Below, one piece after another: positions 1 through 9,556 of a DNA stretch of 64,000 nt (position 1 is its first letter; every line of letters begins with the position of its first letter). The position numbers and the translations under genes are program-made. Below the pieces are notes generated by a model. The model ran no database searches. It saw only the letters and a list, made by a program, of their open reading frames with translations, and was not told the DNA's origin. Origin of the DNA: Pelagomonas calceolata (Eukaryota); the NCBI GenBank assembly GCA_918797485.1, contig CAKKNE010000001.1, positions 5,332,001 through 5,396,000 of the forward strand, read 5' to 3'.

Positions 1-396
1 GGCTGCGTCGACGCGCGGCGCTTATTCTGCATCACGTGCGGCCAGGGGTCCCTCGCGAAGAACGCGACGTTCGGCGCCTCAGAAAAATCGCAGGACTCCT
101 GGCCCGGCCGCGTCGTGCACCCGCCTCTCAAATACTGGCGGAAGGGCGCGCGGGCGTGTAGTAGGGCCGAGAAAATGGCAATCGCGGCCTTCTGGGTCGC
201 GTACCACTACGCGGTCCAGGCCGGGCACGCTCTATTGCATTATGGTAGAGAGGGCCTCGGCTGGGCGCGCGACTACTTCCGAGATGATGGAGGGCGCTGG
301 CGGCGGGTCCCCTCCAACGCCTTCCCGGCGGCGTTCTCGCCCGAGCGCCCGCCGCGCCACGACCCCGGCCTCGAGGGCGTCGTCGAACTTGTGTAA
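1..396 (+). CDS. 3' part of an unknown protein (runs off the window start; may splice onward at GTAAGT ~393)
   Basis: Frame 1 is open from base 1 (GCVDARRLFCITCGQG…LEGVVELV*) with coding-like codon usage; no recognisable domain. Confidence 0.45.
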   Translation, partial: GCVDARRLFCITCGQGSLAKNATFGASEKSQDSWPGRVVHPPLKYWRKGARACSRAEKMAIAAFWVAYHYAVQAGHALLHYGREGLGWARDYFRDDGGRWRRVPSNAFPAAFSPERPPRHDPGLEGVVELV

Positions 397-646
397 GTAT
401 CTTAACTTTTTTTGTCCTTCTCCCCTGGTCCCGGTGAGCGTGTGAGCCAAATGTCCAACCGCGCCGGGAGCGTGCGCGTGAGTCTGAAGTGTGTTCAGGC
501 CGGTGCCCGACTTTGTCTCGGCACCGCGACGGCAGCCCAAGCGCGCTATGCGTGGACCGGCGGAACGACTCAAAACAACCCGCGTGAAAAACCTGTGTGC
601 CGCTCGCGCGTGCCCTACAAGCTCGTACGGCCGAGTTTTTATGTTT

Positions 647-670
647 GCTAGTGTGTTACTGGCTGCTAGC
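647..670. promoter_or_regulatory. Recurrent intergenic CTAG motif copy
   Basis: GCTAGTGTGTTACTGGCTGCTAGC, ~300 bp upstream of the CDF gene. Confidence 0.6.
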
Positions 671-967
671 TCGATTATTTTTTCAGCTGCCGCGTGCCTG
701 GAGGATAACGCGGCTACCACTAACCCATCGCTGGGACGACGGCCAATAAGCACTCGCCGCAGCCAACAGGTGGTCCGGCAGAGTGAGCCTGACAACAAGC
801 AGGCAGTGAGCCAACAAGCAGGCCGCTGACTGCTGCGCCGCCGCGCACACAACTGCGCGCGCAAGCTGCCGCCCGCGCCCCGCGCAATCCACCGCGCCCC
901 CCGGCGCAAATCAGCGTTCAACATTGAGTCGACGGCCGCCGACCGCGCGCGGCCGCTGCTCGGCGCG

Positions 968-1750
968 ATGGCCGACCCACCACCGCCACAACCGGACCCG
1001 TCCCTGAAGCTGACCAAGCGCGAGGAGTACACGTTGGGGTTCACGACCATCGCCTTCATGGCCTTTTCGGTGATTGAGATGATCTACGCGTTTTCCAGTA
1101 ATTCGATGGCCTTGTTGGGCGACGCCGTCGCGATGATGGTCGACGCCTGCACCTACATGTTCAACGGCTGTGCCATAAGAAGAGCACGGCAGCAGGGCAA
1201 GGAGGACAAGTGGGCCGTGCTAGGACCGGTCATTTCGACGTCCGTACTCATAGGGGCTATGATCTACATTTTCTACGACGCCGTCTCCACACTAGCCTCG
1301 GGGGCGTCGGGCGACGGCGTGAACCTGGTCGTGGTCCTGGCCTTCGGCCTCGCGAACCTCGTGATTGACATCGCGTCCGGCGTGCTCTTCTGCGCCTACC
1401 CGGACGCCTACAAGGCGGTCCTCGTCTTCGCCGAGCCCGAGTCCTTGGAAGCCGACGGCGGCATGAACATCCGGTCCGCACTCACGCACGTCGTCGCCGA
1501 TACTTATAGAACGATCGCTGTGCTTGTAACGGCGAGCGCCGCGATGGCCGACGACGCCATCTCCTCGACGGCCGCGGACGCCTGGGGCGCCATCGCCGTC
1601 GAGATCCCGGTCCTGGTCATGGCCTTCGGCCTCGGGCGGGCGGCGTGGAACCGGTACGTCGCGCGGCGGTCCGGCCCGCCGGCGCCGGCGCCGCGGCCGT
1701 CGCAGCCGCCGCCTGCGACCCCGGAGGCGCGGGACAGCGGGCTCGTCTAA
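968..1750 (+). CDS. Cation diffusion facilitator (CDF/ZnT-like) metal transporter
   Basis: ~6 TM helices; SNSMALLGDAVAMMVD and NIRSALTHVVAD motifs typical of the Cation_efflux family. Confidence 0.85.
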   Translation: MADPPPPQPDPSLKLTKREEYTLGFTTIAFMAFSVIEMIYAFSSNSMALLGDAVAMMVDACTYMFNGCAIRRARQQGKEDKWAVLGPVISTSVLIGAMIYIFYDAVSTLASGASGDGVNLVVVLAFGLANLVIDIASGVLFCAYPDAYKAVLVFAEPESLEADGGMNIRSALTHVVADTYRTIAVLVTASAAMADDAISSTAADAWGAIAVEIPVLVMAFGLGRAAWNRYVARRSGPPAPAPRPSQPPPATPEARDSGLV

Positions 1751-2133
1751 GTTTTCTTAGGAATCGTCGGGAGCTCCCCTCGCATCTGCCCGCGCGGGGT
1801 GCAACTCGCGCTGCTGCTCCGGACTTGTGCTGCTCTCTTATTGCTCCGTACGCTTAAGAATTGCCGATCTCTCCGCGCGTCGCGGCCTCCAGCTGGCTGC
1901 ATGTTGCCCTCCCTCAGCTGCAGTCCTTTTGCGAGGCTGTACATACGCGTCTGCTGCAGCTCAGACGATCGCCAGGCCTTGTGTGGCTCTTTAGACAGCC
2001 AAACAACTCGCCTCTCGCTTGACGCTGCCGCCGCGGCGCTGCAACCCAGGCGTTTTGCCGCTGTGCTCTCGCTCGCCATAGCACAGCCCTGCGCGGCGGC
2101 GGACGAACCACCGCAACAAACACCGCCGCAGCC

Positions 2134-3165
2134 ATGCCGACGGCGTGGCGGCCACCGCTGCTCGCGCGGCTGGCCCTGTGCTACGCCGCGGCCGCGGGCG
2201 CCGCCGGTCGCAAGCGCGGCCACGACGCCTTCTGGATCATGGACCCGTCCGACCAGTTATGTCTGACGACGCACGGCACGCTGGGCCCCTGCGACGGCGA
2301 CGCCATGTGGGTCTACGTCCCGCGCAAGGGCAAGGACAAGTGGTCTCTAGCTTCTGTACTTGAGCCTGTTACCAGACAAATGTGCTTGACCAGAGTCAAA
2401 GCTTCGGCGCGGGGCGGCGCCTGCGGCGGCAAGGCGGCCCAGCGCTGGGAGGTCGTCCGCGACGGCCAGCAGTTCGCGGTCACGGAGGATCGGCAAAAGC
2501 ACTGTGTGGTGAGAGACGCGCACCTGTGGAGCCATCGGGCCCAGCTCCAGCAGGCCGTCAAGGCGGGCAAGTCCATCCAAAGGGGGCACGACGCGGCTAC
2601 TTTAGTGAAGAAAGTGCCTACTCATGTAGCACATAACACCGTCAGTTTGCACAAGTGCGCGAAGGGCCACACGTCCTTCGAGCTGCACACCTCGAACGTC
2701 CACGAGCACGGCTTCATGTTGGCTTCCGCCGACACGCACTGCTTCGACGGCGTGCAGTTCCGGCCTTGCTCGGATGAGGATGCTCATCTGCGCTGGGGCT
2801 TTGGCGTGTCCTTCGACTGGTTAAGTGGGGCGCCCAAAAGTCAACTGTACAAGTTCTACAACTCTACTGCCTGCTTAGTTGCTGGTTCGGATGGCGGGGC
2901 GACCTTAGGTGCCTGCGACAGCCCGAAGGCGTCGGGCTGGGGTTTGCGCGCCGGCCGTCTCTCAAGGGGCGGCGACGGCCACAAGTCCGGTAGCTGTTTA
3001 GTGCGCACGTTGGACGGCACGGGCGCGCTGGCCAAGTGCAAAGATGGGATGTTCGAGCACCTCACATTAACTCTGGACTCGGACGGCTCGGATATATTAC
3101 AAGCGGCCATGGACAAGGTCGCCGAGATCGACAAGAAGAAGGCTGCCCAAGCGGCGCGGGCGTGA
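2134..3165 (+). CDS. Secreted Cys-rich ricin-B/beta-trefoil lectin-like protein
   Basis: Signal peptide; repeated CL…C…QxW-like units (QLCLT…LGPC…MW; MCLT…AC…QRW; ACLV…LGAC…GW). Confidence 0.6.
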   Translation: MPTAWRPPLLARLALCYAAAAGAAGRKRGHDAFWIMDPSDQLCLTTHGTLGPCDGDAMWVYVPRKGKDKWSLASVLEPVTRQMCLTRVKASARGGACGGKAAQRWEVVRDGQQFAVTEDRQKHCVVRDAHLWSHRAQLQQAVKAGKSIQRGHDAATLVKKVPTHVAHNTVSLHKCAKGHTSFELHTSNVHEHGFMLASADTHCFDGVQFRPCSDEDAHLRWGFGVSFDWLSGAPKSQLYKFYNSTACLVAGSDGGATLGACDSPKASGWGLRAGRLSRGGDGHKSGSCLVRTLDGTGALAKCKDGMFEHLTLTLDSDGSDILQAAMDKVAEIDKKKAAQAARA

Positions 3166-3384
3166 TGTGGTGGGGGCCTAAGCGTGGAAAGTAGTCTCTG
3201 TGCACTGCGTCGAGTCGATGTTACGGTGCTAGGACTAGTGGGCGGCGCCCCGGGGGAGACACCGCGCGTCGCCGATTCATCGGCGGCGGGCGCGTCGGCT
3301 CCAGACACTATCCCGCGAAAGATCGAGAGAGAGTCGCTTATTGAACCCACCCCCAGGTAGTACGGGCCCGAACGCTGATCGAAT

Positions 3385-3404
3385 CTAGCGTTGTAACACA
3401 CTAG
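3385..3404. promoter_or_regulatory. Recurrent intergenic CTAG motif copy (reverse orientation)
   Basis: CTAGCGTTGTAACACACTAG, ~140 bp upstream of ATG 3544. Confidence 0.6.
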
Positions 3405-3543
3405 AGGCGAAAACTTTGGAGGCCTCAAACGCGCGTAGCTTTGCGTGCAGCGTGGACAGCTTGGTTTGGTCTGGCAAAGCCGCTGCGTCTCGCCACAGCC
3501 ATCACGCTTGCTGCGCCGCCGGATACGCGGCGAAGCGGGCACC

Positions 3544-4968
3544 ATGCGCGCCACAGCATGGCTCATAGTCGCTTTGTGTGCCCTCGGCGCGCTTGCCGAC
3601 GAGCCCAAGAAGAAGAAGAATGCTAAACCGAAGAAGGAAAAGAAAGACGCCAAGAAGGAGCAAAAACAAAAGGACTGCCCGGCGTGCCCCGCGGACCTCT
3701 CGGATGAATTAGCAGCAGCCACGGCACGCGCCGAGAAGGCCGAGGCGAAGACCTGCCCCGAGGATTTGAGTGAGGCGCTCGCCGCCGCCGAGACGCGCGC
3801 CTCCATAGCCGAGGAGAAGGCCGTGGAATTGCAGAAGAACGTCGACGACGAGATCGCCAAGGTCGTCGAGGCGAAAAAAGACGCCAAGCACTGGAAGGCC
3901 CAGGTCGACGGCCTCGAGGAGGCCCTCCAATCGACGAAGGCGGCCCTCGCCACGTCCCATGCCGAGCCCGTCGTGCCTGGGGTATCTATCTCAAATGATG
4001 GTACCGTGGCGTTCAACGCCACGGATGGACTCATAGCGGCCCAGAACGGCGCCGGGGCCGCGCTGGCCATGGCCGGCGAGGCCGCGAAGACGGGCTACCA
4101 GGCGCTCGTCGACGCCATTCCGACAGAGGAGGCCAAGAAGCTCGGCGAGGATGCGGTGGATGCGATGTACGGTGCCGTCGACAAGGGCAAGGCCAAGACG
4201 GCGGAAGCGTATGGTAATGCCTGGGGCTACGCCGTGGCCAATGAATATGTTGCGCCGGCGACGCAGTCTCAGGTCGAAGAGAAAGTATCCGTCGCGTACA
4301 GCAAGGCCGCCTCGATCACTTCGGATGTGTGCTACGACAAGATTCCTTCATTATATGAAAAGCACGCGAAAAAATACGTCGACGCCGCTTTGATTGAAAT
4401 CGGCGAGCGGAAGGCGCTGGCCACGGTCGAATTAAGGGAGCTCTTTGCCCACGCCCAGCAGGCCTTGCATGATCGCGTCCAGCAGCTGAAGGAGAAGCTG
4501 CCGACGTCGGCGGATCTGAAGAGTAGGGCGGACTCGGCGCGGGAAGTGGTGGCCCTCCGCTTCCACGCCTTGTTAGTGGCCGCGGGCGCCTGCGACGAGA
4601 CGAGCGATGTGCCGTGCGCGCCGGCGAAGCGCCTCGCGTCCGCGTGCGTCGCCTGCTGGGCGGTGGCCGCGTGCGTTTTACTATTAATCGCGGCCTACCA
4701 TTTGGTGGGGATGTTATTGGGTCTGGCGAAGAAATTGGTCGTCGCCGTGGGCAAGCGCGCCGTGCGCCTGCCGCTCATGCTGATTAAGCTGGCCATCGCG
4801 TTGGTGGTCCTCGCGGTGTCGCTTGCTCTCAAACTCGCGCTGCTGCCCCTCCGCATCGTGCTGCTGCCCGTGACGCTGCCGCTCGCCTTGCTCGCGCGGA
4901 AGAAGGGGCCCGCGAAGGCGTCGGCGCGGCCGCCGCGCAAGAATTCTCCTGCCCGCGGGCGGCGCTAG
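3544..4968 (+). CDS. Secretory-pathway coiled-coil membrane protein of unknown function
   Basis: MRATAWLIVALCALGALA signal peptide, Lys/Glu/Ala-rich coiled coil, C-terminal hydrophobic helices. Confidence 0.7.
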   Translation: MRATAWLIVALCALGALADEPKKKKNAKPKKEKKDAKKEQKQKDCPACPADLSDELAAATARAEKAEAKTCPEDLSEALAAAETRASIAEEKAVELQKNVDDEIAKVVEAKKDAKHWKAQVDGLEEALQSTKAALATSHAEPVVPGVSISNDGTVAFNATDGLIAAQNGAGAALAMAGEAAKTGYQALVDAIPTEEAKKLGEDAVDAMYGAVDKGKAKTAEAYGNAWGYAVANEYVAPATQSQVEEKVSVAYSKAASITSDVCYDKIPSLYEKHAKKYVDAALIEIGERKALATVELRELFAHAQQALHDRVQQLKEKLPTSADLKSRADSAREVVALRFHALLVAAGACDETSDVPCAPAKRLASACVACWAVAACVLLLIAAYHLVGMLLGLAKKLVVAVGKRAVRLPLMLIKLAIALVVLAVSLALKLALLPLRIVLLPVTLPLALLARKKGPAKASARPPRKNSPARGRR

Positions 4969-5056
4969 AGATCTGCCCCCCTCCCGCACGCGCGGGAATA
5001 ACTTCACAAACTTATATAAATATGCACACGATATGTCGAACGAGCATCGAGATAAG

Positions 5057-6523
5057 CTATCCGGGCGTGCCCACGGCGATCACAAACGCGACCGTACCGA
5101 ACGCGGCGACCGCGTACTTCGGCCACGTCCTCCCACCATCGGGTGTATAACGCGTCGTATCCAACCGCCCGTCGCCGAAGGCCGCGCGACATTTTCGCTG
5201 GCCGAGCACCGACAACAGCGGGGGGAACCCGCAACAAATCAGAAACACGAGGATGCCCGCCGTGTCGATCATGGCCGTCAGATTCGCCATGCAGCCCGCG
5301 CCGATTATCGGCGGCAGCGCCACGCAGGCGCGCATGGCCCGTCGGTAGCCGACCTGTCTTTGTGCGCGGTCCGCACGATCACCGGCAAACAGCGTCACGA
5401 GCGTGTCGGCGGCGATCGAGACATTGAGAGGATAAACCGAAAACACGTCGACCGCGGGGAAGAGCACGACGAGCCACCGTATGCCATCGAGCAACACAGA
5501 ATACGGAATGCCAACGCCGAACGCGTCCCACTGGCAGTTCGCCGCCTTGGCTATGGAGCCAAACGAGTAGGCTACCGAAACTGCTAGGATCGAGTAGAGC
5601 ACAAAACTTCCTGCTAAACCGGCACACAGCGCTTTGTTCAGGTCGTCCCTGTCTCGCATCTCCCTTGCTACGAGTGGTACCTGGCCGCCCATGTTCTGCG
5701 CGAAGACAGTTGCCGGTAGCAATCTTCCTAAACCAGCGAAGCGTACGAAGGGCGCGGTGCTCGTGGCCGCGCCGGGGCCGAAGCCCGGCCCGAAGTCGAC
5801 CCCATACGCCGACAGTAATGCTGTAGAAGCCATCAGCACGACAATGACAACGCGCATCACCGACATGACCATCTGGAAGCTTATTTGTTCGCCCGGCTCC
5901 AGTATTGATAAAGGTACGGCTAATATACCAAAAATGAAGGTGCACTTCCGGTACGTAACACACGCGACGTCGTGCTTGCAGGCCTCGTGGCCGAACAATG
6001 GGGAGAACGTCGAGAGCGCTTCGGCGAAGACGAACGCGTAGGCCCAGAGCGTCGCGAGGTAGTACAACAGAAACGTCCCCGCGTAGGCCATCTCCAGCTT
6101 TTTCCCGCAGAAGATGCGGCACAATTCGCACACTTCAAAAGTGCGGTCTGACAGTGATGGTCGTCTGACTCGTGAGAGCAGCGACGGCGACGACGATTGG
6201 CCTCGTAGCGCGCGCGCCTCCAAGGCTTCGGCGCGCGCCATGGCTTCCGCCTCCCAGGCGAGCGACGTGAGCATAACCAGACAAACGACGCCCATCGTTA
6301 TTGGGCTGAGGATTAGCCCGCACCGCGCCACGGCCGCCGGCAAGGCCAGGAAGCCCGAACCCATGACGAGGTTAAAGGCGATGCAGCACGCGGCTATTAA
6401 TGAAACGCCCTCGTTGCGCCGTTTGCGGTGGTAGAGCTCGTAGCGCTGCGGCAGCGGCGTCGTGTTGATGGTGCGCCGCTCTCCCCGCGAGCCGCCGCGC
6501 CACCAGCGGAGGAATGAGTCCAT
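5057..6523 (-). CDS. Amino acid transporter (Aa_trans/AAAP family)
   Basis: FNLVMGSGFLALP motif and ~11 TM segments; start taken at MDSFLRWW. Confidence 0.85.
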   Translation of the reverse strand: MDSFLRWWRGGSRGERRTINTTPLPQRYELYHRKRRNEGVSLIAACCIAFNLVMGSGFLALPAAVARCGLILSPITMGVVCLVMLTSLAWEAEAMARAEALEARALRGQSSSPSLLSRVRRPSLSDRTFEVCELCRIFCGKKLEMAYAGTFLLYYLATLWAYAFVFAEALSTFSPLFGHEACKHDVACVTYRKCTFIFGILAVPLSILEPGEQISFQMVMSVMRVVIVVLMASTALLSAYGVDFGPGFGPGAATSTAPFVRFAGLGRLLPATVFAQNMGGQVPLVAREMRDRDDLNKALCAGLAGSFVLYSILAVSVAYSFGSIAKAANCQWDAFGVGIPYSVLLDGIRWLVVLFPAVDVFSVYPLNVSIAADTLVTLFAGDRADRAQRQVGYRRAMRACVALPPIIGAGCMANLTAMIDTAGILVFLICCGFPPLLSVLGQRKCRAAFGDGRLDTTRYTPDGGRTWPKYAVAAFGTVAFVIAVGTPG

Positions 6524-6900
6524 AGTTTGTACGGCTTGGTGGCGTCGCGCGACCTCGAATGGCTGCAGAGCACTGGTGGTGCACAAGCTCTGTGTGCTTG
6601 GACGCTACGCGTTGCAGCTGATACGCAGCGTGCGGTTTCAATGGCTGCTCGAATGTGTCCAAACACGTCTTAATCTTGTGTTAGCAGCGCGCCGCGTTAA
6701 ATGAAAGAGGCTGAGGAGCCCGCACGCAGGCGCTTTGCGTCGAGTGTTGAGCCAGCCTATACGAGCGTAGTAACCCTTACCGATTCCCAAACGCTGCGCC
6801 AGGGTAGCGTCAGACCCACGCCGACGCCGTCGACGCAAGCCACGCGCACCGGAGCCCGCTGCACACCAAGCTCTCCCTGTGTGCCAGAGAGAGCTACACG

Positions 6901-7803
6901 ATGGCCGAAGTCCCGGCGGACCTCTCCGCCTTCGCGGACGAGCTCGCCGACGCCGCCGGCGCGGTCATCCGCAAGTACTGGAGAACAAGGGTAGAAGTCA
7001 TCTCCAAGGACGCGCGCCTCGACGTGTTCGCCGACGAGCCCGTGACGATCGCCGACCGCGAGTCCGAGCGTGTGATGAGAGATATGATCGAGCAGCGCTA
7101 CCCGGCCCACGCTATCCTAGGCGAGGAGCACGGCGCGAAGGGCGACGGCCGAACGAGCGAGTGGGCGTGGGTGCTCGATCCTGTGGATGGCACGAAGTCG
7201 TTCATCACGGGCAAGCCGCTGTTTGGGACACTCATTGCTTTGTTGAACTACGGCAAACCGGTATTGGGGGTCATCGACCAGTGCGTGCTCAAGGAGCGCT
7301 GGAAGGGCACTAGTACCAAGACGACGTTCAACGGGCGGCCCTGTTCGACGGATGACTGTACGTCGTTACAAGAAGCGATGGTCTACGCGACGACGCCAGA
7401 GATGTTCGCGCCTGGGTTGGAGACGCGAGCATGGAACTACTTGAGCTCGCGATGCAAGCGCGCTTTATATGGGTGCGACTGCTACGCGTATGGGCTGTGT
7501 GCTTCTGGGAGTGTGCAGCTCGTGTGTGAGGCGGACCTGATGCCTTATGATTACCTGGCCGTCGTGCCCGTGGTCTTGGGCGCCGGCGGCGTGATGACTG
7601 ACTGGGAGGGCCGGCCCTTGACGCTGCCGAACCACGACCTATCGAAGGGGCGGGTCCTCTGTGCCGCTAATTCCAAGCTGCATTCTGAGGCGCTCGCGGC
7701 GCTTAGGAAGGCGCCTCCCTTCTCGCGCGCGGCGCGGGACGCGTTTCTTCTTGGTGTGGCGTGCGGCGTCGCGGCGATGGCGTTCTTGCGGGGGCGTAAG
7801 TGA
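6901..7803 (+). CDS. hisN: Histidinol-phosphatase of the inositol monophosphatase family (HisN/IMPL2-like)
   Basis: PVTIADRESE, ILGEE, WVLDPVDGTKSFITGKPLFGTLIAL, GCDCYAY, YDYLAVVPVV motifs. Confidence 0.85.
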   Translation: MAEVPADLSAFADELADAAGAVIRKYWRTRVEVISKDARLDVFADEPVTIADRESERVMRDMIEQRYPAHAILGEEHGAKGDGRTSEWAWVLDPVDGTKSFITGKPLFGTLIALLNYGKPVLGVIDQCVLKERWKGTSTKTTFNGRPCSTDDCTSLQEAMVYATTPEMFAPGLETRAWNYLSSRCKRALYGCDCYAYGLCASGSVQLVCEADLMPYDYLAVVPVVLGAGGVMTDWEGRPLTLPNHDLSKGRVLCAANSKLHSEALAALRKAPPFSRAARDAFLLGVACGVAAMAFLRGRK

Positions 7804-8083
7804 TCGTGTCGTGTTTTATATATGCACTTTACGAAACCCGAATTGATAGTGCAAAGAGTCTTCCTCCGCATCCAGTTTTGCATCGATTTGTGGACGCTGC
7901 GACCTTACCGGTGATTCGAGGCGGTGTATATAGTGCATCTGTACTCAGTCCGTCACGTCGCAGCTTGTCCTGTGCGAAAACGCGGCCGCGTCGCTGCGCT
8001 AGACGCAAAACATCTTTGCTGCTCTCACAGCGCTTGCGGGCGACAGAGAGCCCGGTCGCGACGAAACTACACTAAGCGACCTC

Positions 8084-9532
8084 ATGCGGACCCTCCTTCT
8101 CCTAGCGCTGGCGCCGGGCGCCGCGGCCGTCGGCTGGAGTCAATTCCGCGGCGGTCCGTACAGAGACGGCACCACAACCACGGTCGGCCCGAAGGCGAAC
8201 AATTTGTTGTGGCGCTTTTTGCTGCGCGGCACGTCGCAGGGCGCGCCGACGGTGCACCCCGACGAGTCCATGGTTTATGTCGGAGGCACGGACGGCTTTT
8301 ACGGCGTGAACAGCGACGGCACGTTCGGATGGTACCTTCGCATCGATAAAGGTGTGGTGAACAGCGCCGCGGCGGTGTCAACCAAGCACAACTTGGTGGT
8401 CTTCGGCGGCATGAACGGCGGCATCTACGGTGTCGACGCGAGGACCGGCCTCACGAAGTGGACTGTGTGGACGAAAGCGCAAACAAAAAGTACTTACGGT
8501 AGAAACGAACCATACATATACTCCTCGCCTGTTATTAGTAATGACGACATTGCGTTCGTGGGCGCCGCCGACGGCTTATATGCGGTGGAACTAGCCTCGG
8601 GACGGGTCAAGTGGATCTTCGACGCGAAGGGCGAGCCCGTCTGGAGCTCGCCAGCTTTGAGCGCGGACCAGAAGACGGTCTACGTGGGCGGCATCGACAA
8701 CTTCGTCCACGCCGTCGATAGTGAGACGGGCACGAGCAAGTGGGAGTGGGAGACGGGCGGCTTCCCCGACGACCCAGATGATCCTGATGTTGATTCATCG
8801 CCAGCTGTCAGTCGGAGGGACGGGACCGTGTATGTAGGTTCGTTTGACAATAGGTTGCACGCCATCGACGGTTCAACAGGTCAAGTGAAGTGGTCCTACC
8901 GGACGAATGATGATGTTATTAGTAGTCCGGCCGTCGCGAGAGACGGGAAGACCGTCTACATCCCGTCGACGTCTGGCGTCGTGCACGCTGTCTCAGATAA
9001 AGGTGAGAAGCGCTGGTCCACCGATCTCGGGCACCCGGTCATGGCCGAGCCCGTGTTAGACGGTGAAGGTACCTTGTATGTTGGTAATGACGACGGCAAG
9101 GTCTACGCCTTGGACGCGAGGAAGGGCAAGATCCTCTGGTCGCACGACTTCGGGGATAAAGTGAGAGGCGAGCCCGCCGTCGCGAGCGGCCGCCTGTACG
9201 TGGCGACGATCAACGCGGACACGTTCCTCCACTGCATCGGTGGTGAAGGAAGCTCGCACCACTCGTCCTCGAAGGACGATAAGGACGAGGGCGGCTCGGC
9301 CTTTGGCACCGTCGTGACTTGGTTGGCTGTTATTATAGGCCTCGGCGTGGTCGCCTACGCCGCTCTGACCATTGGAAAGCCGTATCTGGAGGAGCACGGC
9401 TTCCGCCTGCCGGTCATGCAGCAGCGCGACGGCTTCGACCGCGCGCCGGTCGACGACGGGACGTACGCGGCGCCCTTCGTCGAGCTCCAGGAGTCCATGA
9501 TCGACGACAAGCCTACAGGGGCGGTCATCTAG
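8084..9532 (+). CDS. Type I membrane protein with PQQ-like (BamB-type) beta-propeller repeats
   Basis: Signal peptide; repeated SSPA…VYVG…ALD…G…KW blades; C-terminal TM and short cytoplasmic tail. Confidence 0.85.
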   Translation: MRTLLLLALAPGAAAVGWSQFRGGPYRDGTTTTVGPKANNLLWRFLLRGTSQGAPTVHPDESMVYVGGTDGFYGVNSDGTFGWYLRIDKGVVNSAAAVSTKHNLVVFGGMNGGIYGVDARTGLTKWTVWTKAQTKSTYGRNEPYIYSSPVISNDDIAFVGAADGLYAVELASGRVKWIFDAKGEPVWSSPALSADQKTVYVGGIDNFVHAVDSETGTSKWEWETGGFPDDPDDPDVDSSPAVSRRDGTVYVGSFDNRLHAIDGSTGQVKWSYRTNDDVISSPAVARDGKTVYIPSTSGVVHAVSDKGEKRWSTDLGHPVMAEPVLDGEGTLYVGNDDGKVYALDARKGKILWSHDFGDKVRGEPAVASGRLYVATINADTFLHCIGGEGSSHHSSSKDDKDEGGSAFGTVVTWLAVIIGLGVVAYAALTIGKPYLEEHGFRLPVMQQRDGFDRAPVDDGTYAAPFVELQESMIDDKPTGAVI

Positions 9533-9556
9533 GCCCCCCAAACAATGTGCTAAGAA

